Below, piece by piece: positions 37,786-38,436 of a DNA stretch of 38,436 bases. The position numbers were made by a program, and so were the translations under genes. Each line of letters begins with the position of its first letter. Positions within the stretch are counted from its first letter, which is position 1. The DNA is taken from IMG/VR virus record IMGVR_UViG_3300017914_002859, positions 1 through 38,436 of that record; one strand, given 5' to 3'. Source of the DNA: a virus. Taxonomy: Duplodnaviria; Caudoviricetes. The notes under the pieces were generated by a model that made no database searches, was not told where the DNA came from, and worked only from the letters and a program-made list of their open reading frames with translations.

Positions 37786-37965
37786 GCAGAGCCGGCGTAT
37801 ATGTACCGGGTGCATCTCCTTTTGTTTGCGTTCCTACTAAGTTTTACATAGGCGAACGGACCATTCCTATGATGTGGATTCCAGTGACGGAGAGAGTTAT
37901 GAGAGAGGAGCTATGATTACTCGTTCACGTCACTGGAAACTATTAGTCTTCGTTGCTCAGAAGAC
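37786..37965 (-). ncRNA. Candidate structured RNA downstream of gp32 (unassigned)
   Basis: Consecutive stems: GTCTTC/GAAGAC (37946-37965), 11 bp TTCCAGTGACG/CGTCACTGGAA (37879-37938), a possible pseudoknot (37829-37871) and a CCGG stem (37786-37813). Confidence 0.4.
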
Positions 37966-37974
37966 ATTCACTCG

Positions 37975-38436
37975 CTAGTCTTCGTTTGCTAATCTTGCAA
38001 AGTAAGACATCGTATCGTCATCCTCTGTTTGAGGAATCGTTTCCGCAGTAGGCATAGGTGCTGGAGCTGCAGGTTCATTCATCTGAACTTCTTGCTTCAT
38101 AGTTGGTGCACCCATACTTGCTTCTTCTCCAAGAACTCGACCTAGTTTTGCTTTCAATTCATCGTAAGTCTTGTAGTTCTTTGGATCAGTAAATTCATTC
38201 AAATCATGTATCTGATTGTATATATTCTCGAGTTTCGATTCATCTGATTCGTATAGAGAAGTCTGACCATCAAATTCTGATTTGTCGTAGTTACGATAAC
38301 CTTCCACATTGCGGATCTTTAATTTAAAGTCTGCACCTTCCCAAAAGTCAAAAGGATTAACAGGCTTTTCGTCTGCAAAGGTTGGTTGCATAACATCCAT
38401 AATCTTATCAAAGATCTTCTTACCAAACTTGTAAAG
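37975..38436 (-). CDS. gp32: Single-stranded DNA-binding protein, T4 gp32-like (C-terminal part; starts beyond the window)
   Basis: YKFGKKIFDKIM, NPFDFWEGADFKLKIR.VEGYRNYDKSEF, KTYDELK, acidic tail DDDTMSYFARLANED. Confidence 0.95.
   Translation of the reverse strand, partial: LYKFGKKIFDKIMDVMQPTFADEKPVNPFDFWEGADFKLKIRNVEGYRNYDKSEFDGQTSLYESDESKLENIYNQIHDLNEFTDPKNYKTYDELKAKLGRVLGEEASMGAPTMKQEVQMNEPAAPAPMPTAETIPQTEDDDTMSYFARLANED

Noticed and set aside
37760-37871. tmRNA-like element (pseudoknot followed by GCA AAC on the minus strand)
   Set aside because: No tRNA-like ends, T-loop or CCA, and the reading frame ANKRRCTRY... does not resemble a degradation tag.
37778-37977. Micro-ORFs in the gp32 downstream region (MHPVHIRRLCYI, MSSEQRRLIVSSDVNE, MITRSRHWKLL...)
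   Set aside because: 12-21 codons with Shine-Dalgarno absent or spaced 0-2 nt; better explained by RNA structure or chance.
1-38436. CRISPR arrays, tRNA or rRNA genes
   Set aside because: None seen; intergenic gaps are under about 55 nt apart from 37746-37974, which has no cloverleaf or repeat-spacer pattern.

Overview
A 38.4 kb segment of a T4-like myovirus genome (marine/environmental type; host not determinable). The right two-thirds (16.1-38.4 kb) is the virion morphogenesis region: DUF4815 protein, baseplate gp8, gp9/10-like, gp7-like, gp6, gp25, gp5, hub, gp53, gp48, then gp4, gp2, gp54-like, gp26-like, a tape-measure-like protein and the 3' end of gp32, with several TATAAATA late promoters. 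A 15.6 kb tailoring-enzyme island (589-16222) sits between virion genes. It holds a 12-gene, translationally coupled operon behind a late promoter (seven radical SAM enzymes, five with an N-terminal twitch domain; a QueC-like ATPase; a NodU/TobZ-type carbamoyltransferase; three SGNH proteins) and a divergent cassette of three GT-A glycosyltransferase-like and two methyltransferase-like genes. Neighbouring virion proteins are rich in D-S-[D/A/S/G]. My best inference is a phage-encoded pathway that decorates the virion with a heavily tailored glycan. Also notable: a probable -1 frameshift (U UUU UUA) fusing gp26 to the next ORF just before the tape measure gene, a lysozyme-less gp5 with an HxH apex, and a structured RNA candidate after gp32. 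All assignments come from reading motifs by eye; no searches were run.
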